Positions 9,868-18,688 of a stretch of 64,000 bases of DNA are shown here, piece by piece. The notes beneath the pieces are model-generated. The model had not been told where the DNA came from and searched no databases. It saw nothing but the letters and a program-made list of their open reading frames with translations. A program made the position numbers and the translations under genes. Within the stretch, counting starts at the first letter, position 1, and every line of letters begins with the position of its first letter. This DNA is from a virus, in IMG/VR virus record IMGVR_UViG_3300035204_001665, positions 1 to 64,000 of that record, one strand, 5' to 3'.

Positions 9868-10160
9868 TATTTGTTGTAATAGTTACCGTCCTCGGGTAAC
9901 TGGACCTCGGCCTTCGTAGCCTCTCTTTCGTAATATTCTGGGTAGTCAATATTCTCCTCCCCGCCCAGTTCTTGACTTAAGATTTGGGTCAATACTTTCT
10001 GTATGACTGCGTCCTCTTGAGAAAGACCGTCGTTCATGGAGCTCATCTTTTTTAAATCTTGCCAAACTTGTAGGCAAATTCCTAGCTCCGTTACCATCTC
10101 GTCGGTAGAGCTGACTAGATTCTTAATTCCATTGTCTAATCTTACGGTATATTCTTTCAC
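9867..10160 (-). CDS. Hypothetical acidic protein
   Basis: 97-aa ORF translationally coupled to its neighbours. Confidence 0.6.
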   Translation of the reverse strand: MKEYTVRLDNGIKNLVSSTDEMVTELGICLQVWQDLKKMSSMNDGLSQEDAVIQKVLTQILSQELGGEENIDYPEYYEREATKAEVQLPEDGNYYNK

Positions 10161-10522
10161 TTGTTCTTATCCCTTCTTACATTGGCTGGGGCCAACTCCT
10201 TGCCTTTGCGTTTTTTCTTCTCTTTTTTATTATACTCTTTGAGTACTGGATCTTCCCCCGCTACCTTTTCCCTTTTCTCGCTCATCTCTGCGGACATATC
10301 CCACAAGTCTCCCACACTCATTTTTTTATCCCTTGTAGCATCCGCAAATGCTTTTGAGGAGAACGGGTCTACGTTTGTAGCGTCTACGCCGATATTGGAC
10401 GTAGTAAAAACCCTCTTCCACTCAATACCACTCTCATCAATATAAAGATGCTCGTCGGTCATACCTTGAACCTCTTCTCTGACTTCTCCAGTCTCAGGAT
10501 GTTCGTACATATAAACAGGCAT
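10157..10522 (-). CDS. FmdB-like small protein lacking the zinc-ribbon cysteines
   Basis: N-terminus MPVYMYEHPETGEVREEVQGM...WKRVF resembles the FmdB MPxYxY pattern. Confidence 0.5.
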   Translation of the reverse strand: MPVYMYEHPETGEVREEVQGMTDEHLYIDESGIEWKRVFTTSNIGVDATNVDPFSSKAFADATRDKKMSVGDLWDMSAEMSEKREKVAGEDPVLKEYNKKEKKKRKGKELAPANVRRDKNK

Positions 10523-10530
10523 GATCTGTG

Positions 10531-11616
10531 CTATCCTTCTAGAACCCTCTTGATTCCGTCTAGTGTCTTGCCGTAGGTAAAATCTTCCTGTAACTTCATA
10601 CCTGCCTCATTTACCCTGTTAGACTCTACTCTTTTCACTGCCTCTTCACAGGCAGAAATAAAATCATCTTCGTCCCAATCAAACATTTGACCTTGATTAA
10701 ATGGGTCCCCCTTTCTAAAGAATAGGCCGTCTATACAGTCTACTTTTCTAGAGGGCTCGACTAATACCGCATTATCCTTGTTCGCCCAGTCTTTATAGGC
10801 GTGTGCGTTAAGTATCACGGCATGCTTTCCTAGAGCGACCGACTGAAATTCGGGCAGCCCCCATCCTTCGCCACCGGACATACCGATAGATATGTTACCC
10901 GAATTAAGATAATCGTTATACTCTGAGTTCTTCTCCATTGGCCCCAAGAAACTCATGTTGAAATATTTTTTATGATCTAATGACCTAGCAATTAAATCGT
11001 TATTGTTCTGGGCATTTAAAAATGGATTAAATAAAGCACACTGAAGAAAATATTTGTTGTTGTCGCCGAATTTTTCGGCCCATGCTTTTAGGATTTTACC
11101 GTGATGTTTCCTGAACTCGAATTTTCCAGACAGGGTGAATACTACCCTGTCGTCATCAAAGTACTGCTTGTCTAATACTTCAAAATTATTGGTGTCAAAC
11201 CCCAACGGAACAAAATGGGCATTTACTCCTTTCGCTTTAAACACTTCTGTAGAGTAAGTGGAGGAGAAAATAACTTTTCTATTGTTCTTGGCAATATTTA
11301 CCTCTGATTCCGTCGGGCTATCTAGCTCATGAAAAGTAAAAAGCGCTTGGTTGTCACTAAGAAACGTATTTGAGCCGTTTAAGTGCCATAACTTAAACGC
11401 TGCGTCCTCTCTCTTGTGAGTCTTGTTGAAAGACTTAACTGCCCCGTCTAGCCATTTCGAAAATTCGACGTCATCTTTCTGAGAGAGGAGATCAATTTTA
11501 TCGCCAATAGGGAGAATTTTGACATCCTCCTGTCTCTTGTGGAGCTCCTTTAGGAGCGCCACAGATACTTGGCCGAACGAAACGGAGTTGACGGGACAGT
11601 TAATAGAGAGGGACAT
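10531..11616 (-). CDS. GT-B fold glycosyltransferase (GT4-like)
   Basis: SFGQVS, VPLGFD, GKFEFRKH and SGGEGWGLPEFQSVALGK. Confidence 0.8.
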   Translation of the reverse strand: MSLSINCPVNSVSFGQVSVALLKELHKRQEDVKILPIGDKIDLLSQKDDVEFSKWLDGAVKSFNKTHKREDAAFKLWHLNGSNTFLSDNQALFTFHELDSPTESEVNIAKNNRKVIFSSTYSTEVFKAKGVNAHFVPLGFDTNNFEVLDKQYFDDDRVVFTLSGKFEFRKHHGKILKAWAEKFGDNNKYFLQCALFNPFLNAQNNNDLIARSLDHKKYFNMSFLGPMEKNSEYNDYLNSGNISIGMSGGEGWGLPEFQSVALGKHAVILNAHAYKDWANKDNAVLVEPSRKVDCIDGLFFRKGDPFNQGQMFDWDEDDFISACEEAVKRVESNRVNEAGMKLQEDFTYGKTLDGIKRVLEG

Positions 11617-11619
11617 AAC

Positions 11620-11883
11620 TTACAGAAGTTCCTCCTGTGCCGTCGAAGCAGTAGTTTCTGTCTCTCTTGAGGATTCTCCTTCATTCCGGTCTTTAGAGCG
11701 ATAAACCCTAAAGTCCGGTTGATTGTCCTTAGATTTGTGCTTATTCATAAACACAACTACGTTTACTTCCTTACCGTCGACTTGAATTCTGCCGGTGAGG
11801 TATTTCTGATTGGGGCTTTCCCTTTTCCAGAGAGCGCCTAACTCCCTTTGGGACCATTCGCTTTTTTGTTCTGCGTTATCCAT
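11620..11883 (-). CDS. DUF736-like small protein with acidic tail
   Basis: LGALWKR...YLTGRI...N..K..DNQPDFRV. Start MDNAEQ at 11883 lies just downstream of a promoter. Confidence 0.6.
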   Translation of the reverse strand: MDNAEQKSEWSQRELGALWKRESPNQKYLTGRIQVDGKEVNVVVFMNKHKSKDNQPDFRVYRSKDRNEGESSRETETTASTAQEELL

Positions 11884-11892
11884 ACTTCCGTT

Positions 11893-11921
11893 ACGATATA
11901 GCCTATCCAAACTTTTGTCAA
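11893..11921 (-). promoter_or_regulatory. Sigma70-like promoter
   Basis: TTGACA-17 bp-TATCGT, 9 nt before ATG 11883. It would drive the minus-strand operon containing the sugar genes. Confidence 0.7.
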
Positions 11922-12526
11922 CCCTTTTTAAAAATATTTTTTGAATCCATTTGCTTTTTTATAGCCGCCCTTCCTTTTCCGTGAAGATTAATGATCGTCT
12001 GCGGTGTTAATTCGAATTTCTCAGCTATGTCTTTCCAAGTAAGTTTTGCTCCTCTTCTGAGATACCTCAGCTCAAAAATTCTAAATATCCTTTTATCATT
12101 TAATTTCTTTAGTATATCAAATGCTCGAGATATATCATTCTTATATTCTTCAACTGGAGCGAAGTCTTCTACTGATTTTTGATCGAAGAAATGATTAATT
12201 ACGCTTTCCTCTGTATTGACATATTTACTATTACTCTTTATATAATTTAAGCAATGATACCTAGTAAAGTTACCCAGCCAAGTAGAAAATTTCGCTTTTT
12301 TCTCTATTTTAAATGACAGAACCGCTTTAAAGAAAACAAAATCTTTATCTTTATAAATTTCTTGGATGTCTAATCTGTTTGCGAACTTGTTACATATAGA
12401 ATAGAAGAGGTTCGAATGCTTATCTCTGAGTTCTATAAAACTAGGGCCACATTTATTTTTAATTATTTTTTTTAATAAAATTAGATCCTCGTCACCTGTT
12501 TTAGTTTTCTTTTTTGGTTTTTTCAT
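11918..12526 (-). CDS. Phage RNA polymerase sigma factor (sigma70 family)
   Basis: Region-2-like FFKAVLSF....AKFSTWLGNFTRY and region-4 HTH LTWKDIAEKFELTPQTIINLH. Confidence 0.8.
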   Translation of the reverse strand: MKKPKKKTKTGDEDLILLKKIIKNKCGPSFIELRDKHSNLFYSICNKFANRLDIQEIYKDKDFVFFKAVLSFKIEKKAKFSTWLGNFTRYHCLNYIKSNSKYVNTEESVINHFFDQKSVEDFAPVEEYKNDISRAFDILKKLNDKRIFRIFELRYLRRGAKLTWKDIAEKFELTPQTIINLHGKGRAAIKKQMDSKNIFKKG

Positions 12527-13130
12527 TATACCACGAGACAAATTTATCTACCTCATTGTTAAGATAGTCATTATCTAGTGGATTGTCATGTTTTATTTTC
12601 TGCCATTTTACCAAAAAGTCAGCATTTTCCTTTAAAATGGGATTCATTCTCTTCTCCTCTTCGTTAACGGGAGGAAGCTCATATTGTTCACACTCCCAGC
12701 CGTGAGTCGGAGTAGTGTACTGGGTGATGTGTACGAGCACTCCATTCAGCTCGTTCTTTAACCAATGAACCTCATCTGTTTCATACTCTTGATACCGAAT
12801 ATCCGTTATAACTGGCGTGTCTTCCGTCTGAGCATTGATCAGGAAACCCTTCACGTCAAAATCCAACTTATCTATCCAGTGCCTACCGTTAGATAGTTTT
12901 CGCTTAGACGTCCCGTGAAAAACGAGGAACTCTCTGATCTTATCCTTGTCTTCTCTGGAGCATTCGAGGGGATCAATATCATAGTGTGTGTAGCACCAAT
13001 TTGCGCATTCATTTTTTAACTTATCTGCCAAAGCAAACCGCCTTACCGGTAGTTTTTTACTTAGTAGATTGAAAAATAAATCCTTCCCCGCTCCTGCTAC
13101 CCCGCTTAAACCTATTACTGTCCGCTCCAT
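12501..13130 (-). CDS. Deoxynucleoside monophosphate kinase-like P-loop protein
   Basis: IGLSGVAGAGKD, FALADKLK, R..L...G and VITDIRY..E. Start MERTVIG at 13130. Confidence 0.75.
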   Translation of the reverse strand: MERTVIGLSGVAGAGKDLFFNLLSKKLPVRRFALADKLKNECANWCYTHYDIDPLECSREDKDKIREFLVFHGTSKRKLSNGRHWIDKLDFDVKGFLINAQTEDTPVITDIRYQEYETDEVHWLKNELNGVLVHITQYTTPTHGWECEQYELPPVNEEEKRMNPILKENADFLVKWQKIKHDNPLDNDYLNNEVDKFVSWYNEKTKKEN

Positions 13131-13137
13131 CCAAACG

Positions 13138-13166
13138 ACCATAAAAGGCGCCCCCAAAAAAGTCAA
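13138..13166 (-). promoter_or_regulatory. Sigma70-like promoter, leaderless
   Basis: TTGACT-17 bp-TATGGT, 7 nt before ATG 13130. Confidence 0.55.
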
Positions 13167-13191
13167 GATTTTTTTTGTGTAAATACTAGAG

Positions 13192-13905
13192 ATGAAGAGG
13201 AAAATTAAATACCAACCAAAATTAATTAAATGCTCTTTCAGCATTAACCAAGATCAGAAAACGATTGAGATAAACGGGGAGACCTATTATCCCGTCGGCA
13301 ACGCGGCTTGGCAATCAGGCACAAGAGAGGGATGGGAAACCCATAATCGCGAAAAGAAAAAGATTTTCGACACAGGGAAAAGGAACCTTTGGGCATGGAC
13401 GAGGGGGGAAGATTATGGGTATAAGATATTTACGCAAGGAAAATACAACAAAAGAAGAATTGAGAAATACTTGTGGCACAGAAGCTACGACATTTTCTTG
13501 AGGCACAACATAGGTAAAAGTCTCGTCTATGCAGTGCATAAACTGCAAAATATACTTAATAATTATAAAAACACGAAGATTACTCCAGAAAGTAAGGCAA
13601 TTGTCGAGTTTAACGGGGGAGATTTCTACGGACTAAAGATAGAAAAAATAAACGAAGGCGATAAACCGGAAAAAGATGAGCGCATAAACTTCAGAGAACA
13701 AATCAAGTGCGCATTTTTGGAATTGGGGCACGTGCCTTGGAGGGGAAGGTCTTTCATTTGGGCAGACTTTGCTGCAGGTGGGAATGTTCTAAGATGCTCA
13801 AAAACAGGCGAACTGGTGCTCGTCGATATAGATTTCCTGCACGTCCGCAACTTTTCGCCACCAACGTGGACACACATTTGTCGAACTTTTGCCCTTAAAA
13901 GTTAA
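13192..13905 (+). CDS. Hypothetical protein, possible protein-kinase-like fold
   Basis: GYKIF, ADFAAGGNVL and LVLVDIDF resemble the beta3-Lys, catalytic-loop and Mg-binding motifs. Confidence 0.4.
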   Translation: MKRKIKYQPKLIKCSFSINQDQKTIEINGETYYPVGNAAWQSGTREGWETHNREKKKIFDTGKRNLWAWTRGEDYGYKIFTQGKYNKRRIEKYLWHRSYDIFLRHNIGKSLVYAVHKLQNILNNYKNTKITPESKAIVEFNGGDFYGLKIEKINEGDKPEKDERINFREQIKCAFLELGHVPWRGRSFIWADFAAGGNVLRCSKTGELVLVDIDFLHVRNFSPPTWTHICRTFALKS

Positions 13906-13918
13906 CAAGAAACGAAGC

Positions 13919-14797
13919 ATGCCTTACAAAACAAAATATTATAGACCTAGAGTCGCAAAAGTCATAGCCCTATGGGGCGGAAGAAGACAATGGCAGGAGA
14001 ATCCTCATAAGATTTTTAATGAGCACAACCTCGAGCTATTAAAATGCCTAATCAAACATGAAAAAACGATAGATAATAAACATAAAATGGATTTATTTTT
14101 GGTGAACTCCACTCCATGGAACCTTAACCCAGACTACGTAGATTATTTAAACAAAATTAATGGAGACTCGACCAAAAACGGTAAGATTATTGTCCTTCAT
14201 AGGAAAAACTTCGGTCTTAGTCTCGGAGCCTTTGATTATGCTTTTCAAAAACACGCAAATGAATATGACTACTGGTTCTTCACGGAAGACGATTATATAA
14301 ACGTCGCAGAAGACTTCGTAGTGGGTGCAATAAATCAAATAAATAATTCTAACACGGGTTTCGTAGCAGCAAAAAAAATGTGTGTTACAAAAATCACGCG
14401 CTACGCTAGGGGAGGTACGGGTATGACTTCGACAAGTATCCTAAAAAGAGTCTTAGGACTCGGACTCAACAAAGACAGTAACGGTACTCCTCACCTACCT
14501 TTTCACAGGGCGGAGACTTACGTTCGATCTGGGGTAAATGGCGCCGCTAAGAACTTCTACAAGGCCGAAAGAAATTTCACAAACGTCATATATAAATTTT
14601 TAAAACTAAGACTAACATCACCCAAGATGAAAGGGATACAACTGCAGAGGAGCACGTGTACGAGCATTAATATCTATGAATTTATGGCGTATTTCTATCC
14701 AAATTTAGTCAAAAAGCATTTTGGAAATGAACTCAACGAAAAAAGAAAGCAAACGAAGGCTGAGGTAGGAGAATTCATTAATTGGCTTAGGAAATAA
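13919..14797 (+). CDS. Putative GT-A glycosyltransferase
   Basis: RKNFGLSLGAFDYAF...YDYWFFTEDDY. Likely start is MPYKTK at 13919. Confidence 0.55.
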   Translation: MPYKTKYYRPRVAKVIALWGGRRQWQENPHKIFNEHNLELLKCLIKHEKTIDNKHKMDLFLVNSTPWNLNPDYVDYLNKINGDSTKNGKIIVLHRKNFGLSLGAFDYAFQKHANEYDYWFFTEDDYINVAEDFVVGAINQINNSNTGFVAAKKMCVTKITRYARGGTGMTSTSILKRVLGLGLNKDSNGTPHLPFHRAETYVRSGVNGAAKNFYKAERNFTNVIYKFLKLRLTSPKMKGIQLQRSTCTSINIYEFMAYFYPNLVKKHFGNELNEKRKQTKAEVGEFINWLRK

Positions 14798-14844
14798 ACT
14801 AATCGTTTTTCTATGTGAATTACATTTTTCTAGAACACAAGACA

Positions 14845-14870
14845 CAAAACCCCCACTAAGGGGGCTTTGC
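14845..14870 (-). terminator. Rho-independent terminator
   Basis: Minus strand GCAAAGCCCCC-TTAGT-GGGGGTTTTGT followed by T-rich sequence. May be bidirectional. Confidence 0.75.
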
Positions 14871-15195
14871 GAAAAGTATATGCGAAACATTTTTCTTAGA
14901 CCCTGTGATTTTGTGCTGATGGGGCGTTCAGCGACATATACGCAACTCTTTCGAGAATCATCTCCCTTGTTACAGGGTGAGAAACTGTGCTTGAAAACTC
15001 ATTACAATGATTAACCTCAACACGCTGGGGCATTGCGGCGGGAATTACCCACCAGTTTTTTCAGAATGTATATATTCTGTAGCAGTTCTTTCCCTTTGCT
15101 GTGGACCCATACTACAGTCCTGATGACGCTTCATCTCACTTAGGAAACCTTATCCGCTGTCCTCTCGGCAGGATGAAAGAGATTCACACTCTTTC
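14846..15195 (-). ncRNA. Candidate ~350-nt structured non-coding RNA, class not recognised
   Basis: About 12 consecutive hairpins, GNRA tetraloops and G-U wobbles that work only on the minus strand. Has its own promoter and terminator, and no long ORF. Confidence 0.65.
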
Positions 15196-15200
15196 GAAAA

Positions 15201-15229
15201 ACTTTACTCCTCCTCCTTAAGATTGTCAA
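15201..15229 (-). promoter_or_regulatory. Sigma70-like promoter for the candidate ncRNA
   Basis: TTGACA (15229-15224), 17 bp, TAAAGT (15206-15201), embedded in the 3' end of the upstream gene. Confidence 0.75.
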
Positions 15230-15629
15230 GCTCATCTTTGTTGCTCATGAGGTTGGTAATGAAAATAAGATTTTTAATATCTTGCTCTGTGATATTCGTC
15301 GCATCGCATGTCTGTTTTTCATCGCCGATAATGTCACAGAACTTGTTGATCATAAGCGATACGGTTAATGCCACATCCGCGGAAATACTCACGCTTTGCT
15401 CAAAGGATGCAAATGACTTTCTTAAAATCCAATATTCGGTGTCTTCGTGACTGCTACCCGCGATTAGGTGAGCTTCTTCCAAGTCCTTCAGTGCAGATAA
15501 TATTGCTGCCCTGTCCCTCTTGGGACTATCTGTTATAGGTATGATTTTTAAGAAGTCTTTTTCAAGGCAAAAGGAATCATTTTCGGAAAACCATTGATAC
15601 AGGGTCCCTGAAGCTTCTAATACTGTCAT
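15204..15629 (-). CDS. Hypothetical protein
   Basis: 141-aa ORF with TATAAT immediately upstream of the ATG. Confidence 0.65.
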   Translation of the reverse strand: MTVLEASGTLYQWFSENDSFCLEKDFLKIIPITDSPKRDRAAILSALKDLEEAHLIAGSSHEDTEYWILRKSFASFEQSVSISADVALTVSLMINKFCDIIGDEKQTCDATNITEQDIKNLIFITNLMSNKDELDNLKEEE

Positions 15630-15669
15630 ACTTATTATAGATTAAAAAAAATTTTTAAATAAAAAATAC

Positions 15670-15698
15670 TTGCCTTGTTTTAGGTAGTGATGTAATAT
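15670..15698 (+). promoter_or_regulatory. Sigma70-like promoter, leaderless
   Basis: TTGCCT-17 bp-TAATAT, 7 nt before ATG 15706. Confidence 0.55.
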
Positions 15699-15705
15699 TT
15701 GTTCT

Positions 15706-15993
15706 ATGGAAGATACATCATATACATTCGAAAGCAATCCAGTTGTGGAAGCTGTAGTCGCCCCACGGAATAACGCTGTTGAGGAATCAAGCCGCCGTCG
15801 CGGCAGACCGAAGATTAGTGTACAGTGGCCAGAAGGTAGGTTCACCTTTGAATTACTTCAAACTAAGAACGTTTTGTCTGCTTCTTCACTCAGGAAGAAG
15901 ATGAGGGTCGAACTAAAGCGGGGCGGATTAGTGAAAGTAGATACGCTTAAAACGGCCTTTGGGCGCCCACAAAATATTTACGAAAAGGCCTAA
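15706..15993 (+). CDS. Small basic putative DNA-binding protein
   Basis: AT-hook-like RRRGRPK followed by a winged-helix-like segment ending GRPQNIY. Confidence 0.55.
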   Translation: MEDTSYTFESNPVVEAVVAPRNNAVEESSRRRGRPKISVQWPEGRFTFELLQTKNVLSASSLRKKMRVELKRGGLVKVDTLKTAFGRPQNIYEKA

Positions 15994-15995
15994 CC

Positions 15996-16403
15996 TTGAG
16001 GATCGATTGGGAGACTTACGCTCTCAAGCTGGCTTTCGTAGCTTCAGAAAGAAGTGAAGACCCATATGTAAAGGTCGGAGCCTGCGCTCTTAGGGAAGAC
16101 AACAGTGTAGCTGGATTAGGCTATAATGGCGCGCCCCCCGGTATAGAAATTAATTGGGAGGATAGGGACGAGAGACGAAAAAGGGTAGTTCACGCAGAGG
16201 TGAATGCACTTAGATATGTTAAACCCGGGGAGTGTACCCTCCTAGCCTCTACACTTTTGCCTTGTAATGACTGTCTAAGGATGATATCTTCCTACGGAAT
16301 AAAGAAAATTATCTTTAAAGACAATTACGACAGAGATTCTTCCTCCAGAGAGCTAGCGAGTCTATTTGGTATAGAATTAAAAAACATTGATCATATATTA
16401 TGA
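15996..16403 (+). CDS. dCMP deaminase
   Basis: RSEDP..KVGAC, GYNG.P.G, HAE.NAL and PCNDC zinc motifs. Confidence 0.9.
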   Translation: MRIDWETYALKLAFVASERSEDPYVKVGACALREDNSVAGLGYNGAPPGIEINWEDRDERRKRVVHAEVNALRYVKPGECTLLASTLLPCNDCLRMISSYGIKKIIFKDNYDRDSSSRELASLFGIELKNIDHIL

Positions 16404-16744
16404 TAGAACTATTTTCAATATCTTGTGGCGTAGCGCTAGTTTTACTTGTGTGGATGCACAGTGAAGCATTCCTAGAATACGCGACCTTTATAGGGGGCAG
16501 TAGATTCTTTTTAATTGATGATTTCAAAGATAAACAGAAGAGCAACCCAGCGCTAGATTACATTGAGTATCTACAGTCCCACCACAATACTTTCTTTATA
16601 AGACTCATCACCTGTCCGTTGTGCTTCTCAGTGTGGCTAACCCTTGCAGCATGTCTTTTTACAGATAACTTGCTTATTTTCCCTATTTGCAATATATTAT
16701 CGTTGATCATTTATAAGATAACAATAAAAACCCTATGGAGTTAA
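16400..16744 (+). CDS. Small membrane protein, DUF1360-like
   Basis: Hydrophobic segments plus LITCPLCFSVW. Confidence 0.55.
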   Translation: MIELFSISCGVALVLLVWMHSEAFLEYATFIGGSRFFLIDDFKDKQKSNPALDYIEYLQSHHNTFFIRLITCPLCFSVWLTLAACLFTDNLLIFPICNILSLIIYKITIKTLWS

Positions 16745-16745
16745 C

Positions 16746-17939
16746 ATGCACTTGGTAGAATCATTCGCATTAAATACGGGGCTACAGATAGATAAGCCCT
16801 ATATATATGATAAGTTCGTGCCCCTATCTTTTAAGGGCAGGTATATAACTCTTCAGCCCTACGGTAAGTACGAGTCCAGAAAATACGATTATTGGGATGA
16901 ATTCATGGATGTGATCTCCCCGACGCTAAAGGAAGAAAACATTACAGTTGTCCAGCTAGGGCTGGCGGACGAAAGAGCAGTTCACGGATGTTATGACATG
17001 CGAGGGAAAACAGACTTTAACCAAACGGCATATTTAATTAGACACGCAGATCTACACGTGGGCATTGACAGCTTCGGTATACATTTTGCTTCTGGTTTAG
17101 ACAAGAAAATGGTCGGACTTTATTGTAATATGCTACCCGATAATTCTGGCCCGTATTGGAGCAGCAAGGATAAAGCAATAATATTGCAACCAGAAAGAAA
17201 AGAGGGAGAAAGACCAAGCTATTCCCCAATAGAGGTAGAAAAATCCATCAACAAAATCACGCCAGAGAGGGTAGTTAAATCCGTATGTAAATTATTAGAC
17301 CTGAACCCAGATTTTCCATACAAAACAATAAGAGTGGGTAAGGAGTATCACGCTAGAAAAGTAGAACTGATACCTGCAACCCATATAGAAAACCATGAAG
17401 AGCTAGGTGTAGAATCTATCATCATAAGGATGGATGAATACTTTAACGAGGGCGCTCTGCAACAGCAGTTACTAAGGTGCCCCTGTTCGATCGTTACTGA
17501 TAAACCAATTAACTTAAATTTAATTAAAAAATTTAAAAATAATATAAATGAATTCGTATATTTTATTGATGACGCTGCGGATCCAAAGTATTTAGATCTA
17601 GTAAAGAGAACTGGAGTTAAATTATATCTTTTATCCAAACTGGGAGACGAAGATTTAAATAAATTAAAATTAAAATTCCTAGATGTAGGAGGCATCATGC
17701 AAAAGCCTCAATATTCTGCAGACAACATCAAAGAGCTTGAAGGCAAAAATCTAAAAAATATTTACTACAAGAGCTGTTCCTTTAGTGTGTTTAAAAATAA
17801 TATTTACCAGAGCAGCGTGTTCTCTGAAGATAACCCGCCCGTAGAGAACATAAGAAATGTAACCCCTTCTCCAGTAATCGATGACCCAGATTTTTGGGAT
17901 CAACTAGACAGCTATTTACTACTGGAGAAAGAAGACTAA
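16746..17939 (+). CDS. GT9 (heptosyltransferase-like) domain protein with C-terminal extension
   Basis: VVQLG, DMRGKTDFNQTAYLI..ADLHVGIDSF..HFA and SINKITPE.V. Confidence 0.7.
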   Translation: MHLVESFALNTGLQIDKPYIYDKFVPLSFKGRYITLQPYGKYESRKYDYWDEFMDVISPTLKEENITVVQLGLADERAVHGCYDMRGKTDFNQTAYLIRHADLHVGIDSFGIHFASGLDKKMVGLYCNMLPDNSGPYWSSKDKAIILQPERKEGERPSYSPIEVEKSINKITPERVVKSVCKLLDLNPDFPYKTIRVGKEYHARKVELIPATHIENHEELGVESIIIRMDEYFNEGALQQQLLRCPCSIVTDKPINLNLIKKFKNNINEFVYFIDDAADPKYLDLVKRTGVKLYLLSKLGDEDLNKLKLKFLDVGGIMQKPQYSADNIKELEGKNLKNIYYKSCSFSVFKNNIYQSSVFSEDNPPVENIRNVTPSPVIDDPDFWDQLDSYLLLEKED

Positions 17940-17966
17940 TAGCTAGATATTTTATCAAAAATAGTC

Positions 17967-17995
17967 TTGACCTTTGTCGGGTCCTTTTTTACAAT
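17967..17995 (+). promoter_or_regulatory. Sigma70-like promoter, leaderless
   Basis: TTGACC-17 bp-TACAAT, 6 nt before ATG 18002. Confidence 0.7.
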
Positions 17996-18001
17996 TAAGA
18001 T

Positions 18002-18688
18002 ATGAAACTAATCAAACGGAATGATCACGGTTTACTTGATGATGTAGACTACACATACACAAACGAAGGATTAATCGATTGGAGAAAAATGATTAGCTCA
18101 GAGTTCCTTGTGGCAAACAAAGAACGCTCCAATGGAGAAACAAATGTCTCTAAGCTTAAAGACTACCAATTAATTATCTTGCTGGGAGGTATTAAAGAAC
18201 TAGCCCAAGTAAGAGGCTTCACAGATGTAAGGTATGATGTACACACTCCATCACCAGATTATGTCGTAGCGACTTGTAGTATTACTTGGATTCCGAATTA
18301 TGAAACGGAAGGTAGAGAGGTAGTATTTTCCTCAGTAGGAGATGCTTCCCCACATAATACCAAAAGTTTTGCTAAATTCTTCTTGGGTCCGATAGCAGAA
18401 AACAGAGCATTCGTTCGCTGCGTTCGAAACTTTTTAAAAATTAATATCGTTGCACAAGAAGAACTGGGTAACGTAAAAATTCAAGACGAAGAGCCCTCAG
18501 ATAATTCTCTTGACCCTAGAAACATGCTCTCCTCCCTAATGAAGGAGAAAGGCATATCCTTTGACAAGCTCCGAATGAAGCTAGCCAAAGAAGATTATAA
18601 AAAATCAGATGACCTAAACTCTCTTAATGATATATCCAAAATTAAAGTCTTTGAGCTAATAGAAAGACTCAAGAAAGTTAAAAAGTAA
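18002..18688 (+). CDS. Putative Rad52/Rad22-like single-strand annealing protein
   Basis: GGIKELA..RG, GDAS..N and AENRAFVRCVR.FL resemble the AExRA..RA.R helix of this superfamily. Confidence 0.5.
   Translation: MKLIKRNDHGLLDDVDYTYTNEGLIDWRKMISSEFLVANKERSNGETNVSKLKDYQLIILLGGIKELAQVRGFTDVRYDVHTPSPDYVVATCSITWIPNYETEGREVVFSSVGDASPHNTKSFAKFFLGPIAENRAFVRCVRNFLKINIVAQEELGNVKIQDEEPSDNSLDPRNMLSSLMKEKGISFDKLRMKLAKEDYKKSDDLNSLNDISKIKVFELIERLKKVKK

Noticed and set aside
15118-15150. Plus-strand CTGATGA...GAAAC as a hammerhead ribozyme core
   Set aside because: The intervening sequence cannot form stem II, and structural cues favour the opposite strand.
14846-15195. Structured region as tmRNA, RNase P RNA or a group I intron
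   Set aside because: No tRNA-like acceptor/T-arm ends, no GAGGAAAGUCC motif, only weak R/S-like matches, and no interrupted host gene.
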